DNA of 26,337 nucleotides, from the NCBI GenBank assembly GCA_040391885.1, contig JBEBXB010000001.1, positions 1-26,337 of the forward strand. The letters are read 5' to 3'. Under the pieces are notes generated by a model. It was not told the DNA's origin. It ran no database searches and saw only the letters and a list, made by a program, of their open reading frames with translations. Numbering within the stretch: position 1 is the first letter of the stretch; each line of letters starts with the position of its first letter. The DNA is from Conexibacter woesei (GTDB taxonomy: Bacteria; Actinomycetota; Thermoleophilia; Solirubrobacterales; 70-9). This document shows, one piece after another, positions 15,833-25,077 of the stretch. A program made the translations under genes and the position numbers.

Positions 15833-16765
15833 TTGAATGCCTGCATAACCGAGTTCCTCGACAAACGGCTGTTATTCGTGACCGGGAAGGGTGGCGTCGG
15901 CAAGACGACGGTCGCGATCGCGCTCGGGATCCGCGCTGCGCTCGAAGGCAAGAGGACGATCGTCTGCGAGGTCGCATCCTCCGAGAACACCTCGCGCCTT
16001 TTCGACCAGTCGGCGGTCGGGTTCCGCGAGGTCGAGCTGGCCAACAACCTGTGGGCGATCTCGATCGACCCAGAGGAGTCCATGCGCGAGTACGTGCTGC
16101 TCCAGTTGAAGGTCAAGGCGATGCGCGACCTGCTCTTCCGCAGCAAGATGTTCACCTACCTGGCGGCCGCCACCCCGGGCCTGAACGAGCTGGTGACGAT
16201 CGGCAAGATCTGGGAGCTGGCCCAGCTGGACCGCAAGGTGAAGCACGGTCGCAAGTACGACCTGGTGATCGTCGACGCACCTGCCACCGGCCACGGGATC
16301 AGCTTCCTGCAGACGCCCCGCACCTTCGCGAACATCGCCCGGGTCGGGCCGATCCACAGCCAGGGCCTCCAGCTGGAGGCGATGATCACGGATCACAGCC
16401 AGACCGGCGCGGTGATCGTTTCCCTGCCGGAGGAGATGCCGGTCAACGAGAGCGCCCGCCTCGAACAGGAGCTGAGCGAAGGCATCGGCGTCTCGATCGA
16501 CCGGGTGATCATGAACGCCCTGTATCCCGACCGGTTTTCGCGGACCGACCTCGATCGGCTCGCTTCCCTGCGCGGGTCGGACGACGGCGAGGTCCGGGCG
16601 GCGGCCCGGGCGGCGGGCTCCCAGGCGAAAAGGGTCGCCGCCCAGCGGGAGCAGCTCGCCCGGCTCGAGGAGATGGTCCACGCGCCCATCTCGACCCTGC
16701 CGTTCGTGTTCCGGCCCGAGCTCGACCTCAAGGCGGCTCGTCTGTTGGCCGAGGAGATTTCCTGA
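15833..16765 (+). CDS. ArsA/GET3-like ATPase, Rv3679-like subunit
   Basis: Motifs LLFVTGKGGVGKTT, PGLNEL..IGK, DAPATGH and LPEEMPVNE. The TTG start is chosen because of GGAGG at 15818-15822. Confidence 0.88.
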   Translation: MNACITEFLDKRLLFVTGKGGVGKTTVAIALGIRAALEGKRTIVCEVASSENTSRLFDQSAVGFREVELANNLWAISIDPEESMREYVLLQLKVKAMRDLLFRSKMFTYLAAATPGLNELVTIGKIWELAQLDRKVKHGRKYDLVIVDAPATGHGISFLQTPRTFANIARVGPIHSQGLQLEAMITDHSQTGAVIVSLPEEMPVNESARLEQELSEGIGVSIDRVIMNALYPDRFSRTDLDRLASLRGSDDGEVRAAARAAGSQAKRVAAQREQLARLEEMVHAPISTLPFVFRPELDLKAARLLAEEIS

Positions 16766-17952
16766 TGACCTCGATCGAAGATGTGATCGGCGATCGCCAG
16801 ATCGTGATCTGCGCCGGCTCCGGCGGGGTCGGCAAGACGACCACTTCGGCGGCGATCGCGCTCGGCATGGCCGCCCGGGGCTTGAAGGTGTGTGTCTTGA
16901 CGATCGACCCGGCGAAGCGGCTGGCCGACTCGCTCGGCCTCGAAGAGCTCGGCAACGAGGCGTCCCGGGTCGATCCCGCGCTGCTCCGTGAACATGGGGT
17001 CGAGACGAGTGACGGCGGCGAGCTCTGGGCGATGATGCTCGACGCCAAGGAGACCTTCGACGCGCTGATCGCCCGACATGCCGAGGATGCCGCCGCCCGG
17101 GACCGGGTGCTCGGCAACCGCATCTACCAGGAGATCTCGGGCGCCCTTGCCGGCTCCCAGGAGTACATGGCGATGGAGAAGCTCTTCGAGCTGCATTCCG
17201 ACGGTCGGTTCGACCTGCTGGTGCTCGACACCCCGCCGAGCCGCAACGCGCTGGACTTCCTCGACGCGCCGCGGCGGCTGACCCAGTTCATCGAGGGGCG
17301 CTCCCTCCAGATCTTCCTCCGGCCGACCGGGCTGGCGGCGCGGGTCGCGGGCCGGGGTGCCAGCGTGGTCCTGTCGGTGCTGAAGCGGATCCTCGGATTC
17401 GACCTGCTGGCGGATCTCTCCGAGTTCTTCACCGCCTTCAGCGGCATGATCGACGGCTTCCGTGACCGTGCCCAGCGCGTCAACACCCTGCTCAGCGACC
17501 AGCGGACCTGTTTCGTCGTCGTCTGCGGGCCCCAGGGTCAGCCGATCGACGAGGCCGTCTTCTTCCATTCGAAGCTGGTCGAGAACGAGATGAACTTCGC
17601 CGGGGTGGTCGTCAACCGGGTCCGGTACCGGTTCGGGACCCGGTCACCGCGGTTGCGGGACCTGACCGCCCGGCTCGAAGGCGAACTGGGTGATGAAGCG
17701 TCACCGGAACTGGCCGAGGCGGCTGCCCGCAACCTGGTCGAGTACGAGGCCCTGGCTCAGCGCGACGCCCGCAACATCGCCCGGCTCACCGAGAGCCTCG
17801 GAGGCGAACCGATGATCCGGGTCCCGTATCTCGACACCGATGTCCACGACATCGCCGGCCTGGCCGAGATCGATCGTTACCTGTTCGCCGACGAGGAGAC
17901 CAGGATCGATCTGGCTACCGGGTCCGGCGATGGCGGTAGTTCAGCTCGCTGA
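16765..17952 (+). CDS. ArsA/GET3-like ATPase, Rv3680-like subunit
   Basis: Motifs GSGGVGKTT, TIDPAKRLA.SLG, QEYMAMEKL and DTPPSRNALDFLDAP. The start overlaps the upstream stop (TGATG). Confidence 0.92.
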   Translation: MTSIEDVIGDRQIVICAGSGGVGKTTTSAAIALGMAARGLKVCVLTIDPAKRLADSLGLEELGNEASRVDPALLREHGVETSDGGELWAMMLDAKETFDALIARHAEDAAARDRVLGNRIYQEISGALAGSQEYMAMEKLFELHSDGRFDLLVLDTPPSRNALDFLDAPRRLTQFIEGRSLQIFLRPTGLAARVAGRGASVVLSVLKRILGFDLLADLSEFFTAFSGMIDGFRDRAQRVNTLLSDQRTCFVVVCGPQGQPIDEAVFFHSKLVENEMNFAGVVVNRVRYRFGTRSPRLRDLTARLEGELGDEASPELAEAAARNLVEYEALAQRDARNIARLTESLGGEPMIRVPYLDTDVHDIAGLAEIDRYLFADEETRIDLATGSGDGGSSAR

Positions 17953-19834
17953 CCGACCATTCGGTCGTGCCGGGATCCGGGAAGAAGCGGCGGTTGAGCG
18001 GCCCGTGATCGGGGTTGCGGCGGTCCTCTTCGAACCCGTCGTGAGGCTGGACCGGAAAGTCCATAGTCTCACCGGCCCGGCTCGCGTTAAGCCAGTCCTC
18101 GCGTAGCGTCGCACCGACCTCCGTGGTCGCCGTAACCTTGATCTCACCTTCGGCCGGCGTCGGCTCCAGCAGCCTGGTGCTGCCGGTGTCCTCGAAGGGC
18201 TGGTCGAAGCTCGCGCCGAAGTCGGCTGCGAAATCGGCGTTGACGGTGCTCCGTTCGGAGCCGGGCTCGATGCCGAGCGCGACCTCGATCTCCGGCATCG
18301 ACTCGAACCGGCGTTCGTTGAGATCGATCGGGGCGGCGGGAACGTCGGGAAGCGGTTCTGGGTCGAACTCAGGAACCGATCCGAACAGGGGGTCCACCCC
18401 TGCCTCCACTTTCGGATCGACACTTTCGGTCCCACCCACGACCCGGGGGCGGAACACGTGAATCTCTGCGCCGGCCGGCTCGTCCATGGCGATCTCGCCG
18501 GGGAACTCGGTTGCGACGAAATCATCTTCGGGTTCCGGCACCGCGTCCCATTCGGCCGTCGAGCCGATCTGGCTGGCGCTGCCTTCACCGGCGGCGAGAC
18601 CCGTGGTCAGGAGGGTCTCCTCCGCGGTCACGTTCAGGTCCTGGCCGAAGTGGCCGAGCACGGCCTCCCGCATGATGTGCCGGGTCGAATCCTCGATCCA
18701 GGCGGCGATGTAGGTGGCTGACTCGCCGCCGACCGACATCACGTCTTCGCCGTTGATCAGGGTCTGCTCGAGCTTCATAGCCAGCGCGAACCGTTCGCGG
18801 GCACGGAGATCCTCGGCGTCACCGGTGACCAGAGCCGCTGCCCGCGCGTCGAGCGGGGCGTCGATGACGCCTTCGCCACCGAGAGCGGAACGGATCGCCA
18901 GCAGGTGATCGCTCAGCCCGTCGATCGGCAGGGCGCGTTCGCATCCGTACTGGAAGCGACGCTGCGCGTAGGCGAGATGGTCGAGATCGGCGGGGCTCTC
19001 GTTGAGGCGCCGGACGAGGCCGTTCAGGCCTTCGACCTCGGACTCGATAAGGAAGTAGCTGCCGGGACGCGGCGGGGCGGCACCGGTCTCGATGCGGCGC
19101 CAGGACTCCTCCCCGACCGGGGCGAAGGCGAAAGGCCCGACCCCGACCGAGCCGTCCTTGAAGAGACGGAGCGCCTGGATCAGAGCGTGGAGACGGGCTA
19201 CCGCCCTGCGCGGTCCATCCTCGGAATCGGTCAGGGGCACCATGGCCAGGTACGCCTGCTGCCAGGCGGCCCGCTCGGTTCCCTCGCTGGTGGTCGCCTC
19301 CAGGGGCGCGTTGACGGAATCGGCCTGGACGATCTTGATGTCGCCGACGAGCTCGATCTCCGTCGGGGTCATCTCGAACCCGATCAGCGGGGCCAGCAGC
19401 ACCTCCGCCTCGTGGATGTCGCGGGCTTCGACCTCGAGCGCGGCCAGCGCCTGCTCGACCCGAGCGATGTCCAGTGAGAACTCGGTGGTGCCCTCCCAGA
19501 GGGAGGTGATGAACACGGAGAGCATCTCCTCGGCCCGGCGGTTCGGCTCGGAAGGAACCGGGATGCCGCGCGACTCGAGGTAGGGAGCGGCGACCTCGGT
19601 CGAGGCGACCGCGCCCCGCGCGGGCCCGTAGGAAGGCAGCGACTTGAGCTCGTCGATGTGGGCGCTGATGTAGCGCGAAGTCAGGGGCACGTACCGGTAG
19701 AAGTGGGAGCTCTCCCCATCGTTCTCCGCAACGTCGAAGGGGATCTGGTCGCCGGTGGCCACCAGGGAGGAGAACCGCGTCGACGCCTCGGCTGCAAGCC
19801 GCTTCAAAGCCTCGTCAAGTACCGGATCGTGCAT
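17915..19834 (-). CDS. Hypothetical protein (639 aa) with an ApeA-like HEPN-type region and an acidic low-complexity tail
   Basis: Long ORF with coding-like codon pattern from ATG 19834 (MHDPVLDEAL), with AGGA upstream. Its 3' end overlaps the convergent ATPase by 38 nt. The domain call is by-eye inference. Confidence 0.75.
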   Translation of the reverse strand: MHDPVLDEALKRLAAEASTRFSSLVATGDQIPFDVAENDGESSHFYRYVPLTSRYISAHIDELKSLPSYGPARGAVASTEVAAPYLESRGIPVPSEPNRRAEEMLSVFITSLWEGTTEFSLDIARVEQALAALEVEARDIHEAEVLLAPLIGFEMTPTEIELVGDIKIVQADSVNAPLEATTSEGTERAAWQQAYLAMVPLTDSEDGPRRAVARLHALIQALRLFKDGSVGVGPFAFAPVGEESWRRIETGAAPPRPGSYFLIESEVEGLNGLVRRLNESPADLDHLAYAQRRFQYGCERALPIDGLSDHLLAIRSALGGEGVIDAPLDARAAALVTGDAEDLRARERFALAMKLEQTLINGEDVMSVGGESATYIAAWIEDSTRHIMREAVLGHFGQDLNVTAEETLLTTGLAAGEGSASQIGSTAEWDAVPEPEDDFVATEFPGEIAMDEPAGAEIHVFRPRVVGGTESVDPKVEAGVDPLFGSVPEFDPEPLPDVPAAPIDLNERRFESMPEIEVALGIEPGSERSTVNADFAADFGASFDQPFEDTGSTRLLEPTPAEGEIKVTATTEVGATLREDWLNASRAGETMDFPVQPHDGFEEDRRNPDHGPLNRRFFPDPGTTEWSVSELNYRHRRTR

Positions 19835-20002
19835 GTCGTCCTGGTTCCCGCCCCCGGCCCCCCATCCTGCGGCTGCACGGTGGATTGCAGTCGGCCCGAA
19901 GGCGAGCACGCACCCTGAACCGGCCGGGTGCAACTCTCGTGGTCCGCCGTTGTTATGGGTCTGTCGCTGCCCGCCGGCAGCGCTTACCGGGGGAGACAAC
20001 GA

Positions 20003-22318
20003 ATGTCGAGGGAGTTTCCGCTTTACCGCATCGCTGGAATGGTCACGATGGCAGTCCTGGCGCTGTGCGCCGCTTTCATGCCCGACCCGGGCCAGGCCCG
20101 GTCGCCCGGGCAACTCGACCCGTCCTGGGGATCCGACGGGCTCACGGTCCTTGCGTTCGGGGACAAGACCGCCGGTTCCACCGCAGCCGGGCTTGTCAAG
20201 GATCCGGAGGGTCGCATCATGCAGCTCGGCAGCTCATCTTCCGGCAAGGAAGGGTTGATCTCCCGCAATTTGGCGGACGGCAGCCCGGATTCGACATTCG
20301 GCAACGAGGGGACGGCGGCCGTTCCCGGCCTGCTTCCCCGTTCGATCGATTTTCAGCCGGACGGTCGGCCGGTGATCGCCGGGCTGGCTGCCGGCGAACC
20401 GGCCCTCGCTCGTCTGAACGGCGACGGTTCGCTGGATGCCTCTTTCGGCACCGGCGGCATCAGCCGTATCGTCTGGGATCCACCTGCCAAGCTCTTCTCC
20501 GGTTTCGCCCGGTCCGATGCGCGGGTGATCGACCTGCAGAGCGTCGCCGTTCTGACCTCTGGTGACATCGTCGCCGCCGGCCCGGTAGGTGGCTGCTACC
20601 GGGACGACCCCGACGGTTACCCTCAGACAGGCTGCGATCAGTTCGTCGCCATTGGGGCCGATTCCGGCGGTGCCCCCCTTGCGGATTTCGGAGCAACCGG
20701 CGGAATCCGGTACTTCAGCTTCTACGGTGACGTAATCGGCAACATGGCGTTCGCCGCCGACGTGGCCCCGGACGGGCTGATCCGGCTGGGTCTTTACTCG
20801 ATTGCCGATTCAACCAACGGGGGACTCGACGCTTTCGTCAACGTCGCCACGATGCCCGCAAGGTCTTCGGCCGAGGCCGAATGGATCGCCGATCACTACC
20901 CGGACGCGCCACCGATAGCCCGGGCGATGGTCGGGGTTCTGTCCGGGGGCCCCGGAATGGGGGGACCGGACTTTGGCGGGCCCGGCCCCGGCGGCCTCAC
21001 GCTCGACGGCGACCTCACCTATGCCGTCACCGGCGAGGCCCTGGTGAGATTCGGGGCAGACGGGGCGCCCGACCCTGCCTTCGGCAGCCGCGGGGTGGTG
21101 GCGCTCACCGCGGCCACCTACCACGGCTCGATCGGCAACCGGCGGATGATCGGACAGTCGGTGGCTATCGACGATCGAGACCGAGTGGTGGTCTCGGGCC
21201 TGTTCAAGCCGTCCCCCGGATCAAGTGCCTTCGCGGCACGCTTCAACGCGTCCGGTGAACCCGACCCGACCTTCAGCAACGACGGCTTCGCCGCCGCGTG
21301 GCAGGGCAGCGGTGGATCGCTGGTCAACCGCCCGTCACTGGTGGTCAGCGGTGACCGGTACCTGCTCGGCGGAACCCACACCAACAAGGGGTCCTCGCGT
21401 GCCCTGCTGATGGCGATCGACGGGAGCGCCGGCCGTTCCTACAGATGCGGTGGACGGGCTGCGACCTGGATCGGCACCGACGGCGACGATGAGGTCAGGC
21501 TGACCAACGGCGTCGTCGTCACCCTGGGCGGCAAAGACCGGGTGACTTTCCTCAAACGTGAAACCCAGCAGTCGGTGACCTGCGCCGGACCGGGCAACGA
21601 TCGAGTCGAAACCATCGGCGGAATCGTCTACGGCGGTCCTGGCAACGACGATCTGTCCGGGATCACGAGCGAGAAAGGCCGCTTCCTGGGAGATCGCCTC
21701 TACGGTGGCCCCGGAAACGATGTCATCAAGGGCAAGTCCGGTAGCGACGTGATCTCCGGTGGCCCTGGCAACGATCGTCTCTACGGAGGATCGGGAAGGG
21801 ATCAGATCCGGGGAGGGCCCGGCCGGGATCTTCTGAAAGGCGGAGCCGGCACCGACCGGTTGATCGGTGGGCCGGGCCGCGACCGGCTGGACGGTGGACC
21901 GGTCGGACCGCCCCTGGACCGGTACGTCACCCGGGCGGGCGCGAAGACTTCCGTTTCGATCATCGCCTCTGGCCGCAAGGTGCATAACGTGCTGGTCGGG
22001 TCCACCATCGCCTGCCAACCGTTCAACCCCGACTGCCAGCAAGGCCGCTTCGGCTACTTCCAATTCAACGACCACCGGTTCAAAGGTCGGAAACAGATGC
22101 TGAAGGGACACGAATGGGATGCCGACGAGTACGACGCCGACACATTCGACCAGAGGATCGAAGCCCGCAAGCGGGGAAGGGTCGTGACCGGCAAGGTCCG
22201 CTTTACGATCCCCAGCCCTCATTGGCGTGCCCACTGGACCGGCCAGAGCCTGCGCAACCCGTGGGTTGGCTTCCGCGCGTTCCGCCAGCCGAAGGACCGG
22301 CAGATCGTCAAGCAGTGA
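20003..22318 (+). CDS. Secreted delta-60 (DUF5122) beta-propeller + RTX-like Ca-binding repeat protein 1
   Basis: SD GGGGAG and a signal peptide ending ...PGQA. Repeats LDPSWGSDG, PDSTFGNEG, LDASFGTGG, PDPAFGSRG and PDPTFSNDG. GGxGxD nonapeptides at about 21630-21900. Confidence 0.88.
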   Translation: MSREFPLYRIAGMVTMAVLALCAAFMPDPGQARSPGQLDPSWGSDGLTVLAFGDKTAGSTAAGLVKDPEGRIMQLGSSSSGKEGLISRNLADGSPDSTFGNEGTAAVPGLLPRSIDFQPDGRPVIAGLAAGEPALARLNGDGSLDASFGTGGISRIVWDPPAKLFSGFARSDARVIDLQSVAVLTSGDIVAAGPVGGCYRDDPDGYPQTGCDQFVAIGADSGGAPLADFGATGGIRYFSFYGDVIGNMAFAADVAPDGLIRLGLYSIADSTNGGLDAFVNVATMPARSSAEAEWIADHYPDAPPIARAMVGVLSGGPGMGGPDFGGPGPGGLTLDGDLTYAVTGEALVRFGADGAPDPAFGSRGVVALTAATYHGSIGNRRMIGQSVAIDDRDRVVVSGLFKPSPGSSAFAARFNASGEPDPTFSNDGFAAAWQGSGGSLVNRPSLVVSGDRYLLGGTHTNKGSSRALLMAIDGSAGRSYRCGGRAATWIGTDGDDEVRLTNGVVVTLGGKDRVTFLKRETQQSVTCAGPGNDRVETIGGIVYGGPGNDDLSGITSEKGRFLGDRLYGGPGNDVIKGKSGSDVISGGPGNDRLYGGSGRDQIRGGPGRDLLKGGAGTDRLIGGPGRDRLDGGPVGPPLDRYVTRAGAKTSVSIIASGRKVHNVLVGSTIACQPFNPDCQQGRFGYFQFNDHRFKGRKQMLKGHEWDADEYDADTFDQRIEARKRGRVVTGKVRFTIPSPHWRAHWTGQSLRNPWVGFRAFRQPKDRQIVKQ

Positions 22319-22332
22319 TACGGAGTTCACGC

Positions 22333-24501
22333 ATGAAGCGTCTGTTTTCGGCAGCACTCGCGCTCTCGGTGCTGGTTTCTTGCGCCACTATCGGCGCGTC
22401 GGCAGGTTCAGCGAGCCAGGCACAAGCCGCTCTGCCCGGAGACCTCGACGGGGGATTCGGAAAGCGAGGGGTCGCGACGGTCGCGCTCGGTCGGGGTGAC
22501 CGTGAGCGGGCGACGGCGGTTGCCCGACAGCCGGACGGCAAGCTGGTGGTTGCCGGCATGGCCGGGAGGACCGGGTTCCTGGCCCGCTTCCACCCCGGGG
22601 GTTCACTCGACCGGAATTTCGGCACCGGGGGCAGCGTCACAACCGCGCCGACCTCCTGGTCCCGTGTCGCGGTCGACGGCGTCCATCTGGTGACCGTTGG
22701 CACGGACGGGAGTGCCGTCGTGGTCGCCCGGTTCCATCTTGACGGCTCGATCGACCAGGGCTTCGGGACCGAGGGGATCTACCGATTCGACCCGGAACCC
22801 GGCCTTCCCGGTGGCTTGCCCGCCCTGGCAGTCACCGGCTTGGCCGTCGCCGACGGCCGGATCACGGTCGCGGGCGTTCCCGACAGGTGCGTCGACGACC
22901 CGTGGCGCGAGGAATACTCGTCCTGTCACGATCCATTCGTCGTCGCCCTGACCCGGGACGGCAGGCTCGACGAGACCTACGGCAAGTCCGGCGTGCTTCG
23001 CATCGATGCCGCCCGGGAACGCAGATCGGTCGCCCTCCTTCCCGACGGACGTGCGGTCTCGGTGGCCACGGACTTCACTGGGGATGGCGATCCGGTCGAC
23101 TGGAGCAGCTATACGCACGCCCGGTTCTTCACCGCCGCCGGCCAGCCTGACCTTTCCGTCGGAAAGCAGCGGGATGGCCATGTTCTTCTGCCGATCCCCT
23201 TCGGTCGTCAAGGTGTCCCGATCAGCGCTGCCCTGGACCACAGGGGCCGGATCGTGCTGGCGCAGGACATCCTGTACCGGTTCCGCCGTGACGGCAAAGT
23301 CGACATGACGAATTACCTCGCATCCGACGAAGGTCTGATCTCCGTCGACGGCCTCGCGATCGATGCACGCAACCGGCCGGTCCTCGCCGGGCATTCGCTG
23401 AGGCGGGGAACCCTGCGCACCTGGGTGGTGCGCCTTTCGGCTGACGGCAGCTTAGATCCTGCCTTGAGCAACGACGGGGTCGCGCTCGGCCGACGGTTCG
23501 GGCCCGTCTCCGACCGTGACAGCCTCAGGCTCCGTCCGGTGGGCATCGTCCCCGGCCGTGGCGGGACCTGGCTCATGGTCGGGACCGAGAAGCGCGGCAA
23601 GAAGCTCCGGGTGACGGTTTCAGCCCACCTCGGTGGGGAACGGCGTGTCCCCCGATGCTTCGGTCAGCGGGTGACGTGGCTCGGCACCAACGGCCCCGAC
23701 CGGGTCCGGCGAGGCAACGGGATAGTCGCCGGACTCGGGGGCGACGACCGGATCAAGGTCAAGTCAGGTGCGGTCTGTGGCGGGCCGGGTAACGACCGGA
23801 TCACCGGCTCCGCCAAACAGGTGGACGGCGGATCCGGAGACGATGTCATCCGGTACACCGGGCGCACCTACCCCGGCATCACCTCCAGAATCAGCAACTG
23901 GCTTTCCGGAGGGCCGGGGGATGACACGATCCTCGGCTCAGGCGTGAACGATTCGATCAGGGGAGGAACCGGGAACGACACCCTCAAGGGCTTCCGGGGC
24001 CGGGACCGCATCCACGGGGGTCCCGGACGCGACTCCATCATGGGCGGGGCCGGATACGACCGACTCGTCGGCGGGCCTGGCCGCGACCGGATCGATGCTG
24101 GGACCGGTGAATCTCCACGAACGTACTACCGCGGCAAGCGGCGCGGCGTATGGATCGAGCTCAGGCGGAGAGGCAATCACCTGAAGGAGGTGAGGATCCG
24201 GGCCTGGGAGAAATGCGACGGATCACGGCGCTCCCGGGGCGAGTTCCAGGTGACGGGCCCGATCAGGATCCATCCGCGGACCGGGAAGTTTCGGCTGCGG
24301 GCTGGACACGGGAATCCCGACGATGGAATCGAACAGCTGATCGGCCGGTTCAAGGGCGATCGGGTCACCGGGACTTATGAGTATTTCGACCCTGGATGGG
24401 ACTGGACCCAGACCTGCCGGATCGTGGCCGGCCCGCAAATCGGCACCGTGAAATTCAGGGCCCGGCGTGTGTCCCCGCCTCGCGACGAGGTGAGGCCTTG
24501 A
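22333..24501 (+). CDS. Secreted delta-60 (DUF5122) beta-propeller + RTX-like Ca-binding repeat protein 2
   Basis: SD GGAG and signal peptide MKRLFSAALALSVLVSC...AQA. Repeats LDGGFGKRG, LDRNFGTGG, IDQGFGTEG, LDETYGKSG and LDPALSNDG. GGxGxD nonapeptides at about 23740-24100. Confidence 0.88.
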   Translation: MKRLFSAALALSVLVSCATIGASAGSASQAQAALPGDLDGGFGKRGVATVALGRGDRERATAVARQPDGKLVVAGMAGRTGFLARFHPGGSLDRNFGTGGSVTTAPTSWSRVAVDGVHLVTVGTDGSAVVVARFHLDGSIDQGFGTEGIYRFDPEPGLPGGLPALAVTGLAVADGRITVAGVPDRCVDDPWREEYSSCHDPFVVALTRDGRLDETYGKSGVLRIDAARERRSVALLPDGRAVSVATDFTGDGDPVDWSSYTHARFFTAAGQPDLSVGKQRDGHVLLPIPFGRQGVPISAALDHRGRIVLAQDILYRFRRDGKVDMTNYLASDEGLISVDGLAIDARNRPVLAGHSLRRGTLRTWVVRLSADGSLDPALSNDGVALGRRFGPVSDRDSLRLRPVGIVPGRGGTWLMVGTEKRGKKLRVTVSAHLGGERRVPRCFGQRVTWLGTNGPDRVRRGNGIVAGLGGDDRIKVKSGAVCGGPGNDRITGSAKQVDGGSGDDVIRYTGRTYPGITSRISNWLSGGPGDDTILGSGVNDSIRGGTGNDTLKGFRGRDRIHGGPGRDSIMGGAGYDRLVGGPGRDRIDAGTGESPRTYYRGKRRGVWIELRRRGNHLKEVRIRAWEKCDGSRRSRGEFQVTGPIRIHPRTGKFRLRAGHGNPDDGIEQLIGRFKGDRVTGTYEYFDPGWDWTQTCRIVAGPQIGTVKFRARRVSPPRDEVRP

Positions 24502-24539
24502 ATGTTCCGGACGTGACGCGGTCCTGAGCCTGCCGGGGG

Positions 24540-24872
24540 TCAGGCGGTGACCGGCTGGGCGTCCAGCCACTGGATCCCGTACTTGCGCATGTCCTCGATC
24601 AGGGGAACGAGATGCTTGCCCTTCTCGGTCAGCGCGTAGGTGACGCGAGGCGGCACCTCGGGGAAGGTCTTGCGCTCGATGATCCCCTCGTCCTCGAGGG
24701 TCCGCAGCCGCAGCGAGAGGGTGCGGGGACTGATCCCTTCGAGGGAGCGTTCGAGCTCGCAGAACCGACGACTGTCGTCGGCAAGGTCACGGATCACCAG
24801 GAGGGTCCATTTTCCGGAGATGACGTCCGCCGTGCGGCAGACTGGACATCGGTCGTTGTCGATTGCGCTCAT
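24540..24872 (-). CDS. HxlR family winged-helix transcriptional regulator
   Basis: Motif CPVCRTADVISGKWTLLVIRDL....RRFCELERSLEGISPRTLSLRLR.LE..G...R..F.EVPPRV.Y.LT.KG, with an N-terminal Cys. Confidence 0.95.
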   Translation of the reverse strand: MSAIDNDRCPVCRTADVISGKWTLLVIRDLADDSRRFCELERSLEGISPRTLSLRLRTLEDEGIIERKTFPEVPPRVTYALTEKGKHLVPLIEDMRKYGIQWLDAQPVTA

Positions 24873-24945
24873 GGTTTCGATCGGACCGGCGGTAAAGGCG
24901 AACTCGGCGGGCGGTTGAAGAAAGCCCGGACCGAAGCCAACCGGT

Positions 24946-24987
24946 CACTTCAACAAGTATAGGCACATGGCTTCACTTACTGAAGCG
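24946..24987 (-). promoter_or_regulatory. Putative hxlR promoter with two operator-like inverted repeats
   Basis: Minus-strand -10 TATACT (24956-24961) and -35-like TTCAGT (24979-24984) are 17 bp apart. Sites CACTT-N4-AAGTA (24946-24959) and CACTT-N4-AAGCG (24974-24987) overlap them. Confidence 0.55.
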
Positions 24988-25077
24988 GCTCGGCGCCGCT
25001 CCCGTCGCCATTCACCCGTCTTCAGATCGGCGCCGCCTCGCCGACCGAGCTTGCGCCGCCCCACCGGCCAGGCTTGT

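Noticed and set aside
15646-16764. Apparent 370-aa N-terminal extension making the second ArsA-like protein 768 aa
   Set aside because: It is an off-frame read of the first ATPase gene. The real start is the TGATG-coupled ATG at 16765.
15833-17952. Arsenite resistance operon
   Set aside because: There is no arsB/acr3, arsC, arsD or arsR, and the motifs fit the Rv3679/Rv3680-type pair.
19835-20113. ORF-track extensions of the HEPN-like protein (to 20113) and of secreted protein 1 (from 19928)
   Set aside because: They would overlap head-to-head. SD-supported starts at 19834 and 20003 leave a normal divergent spacer.
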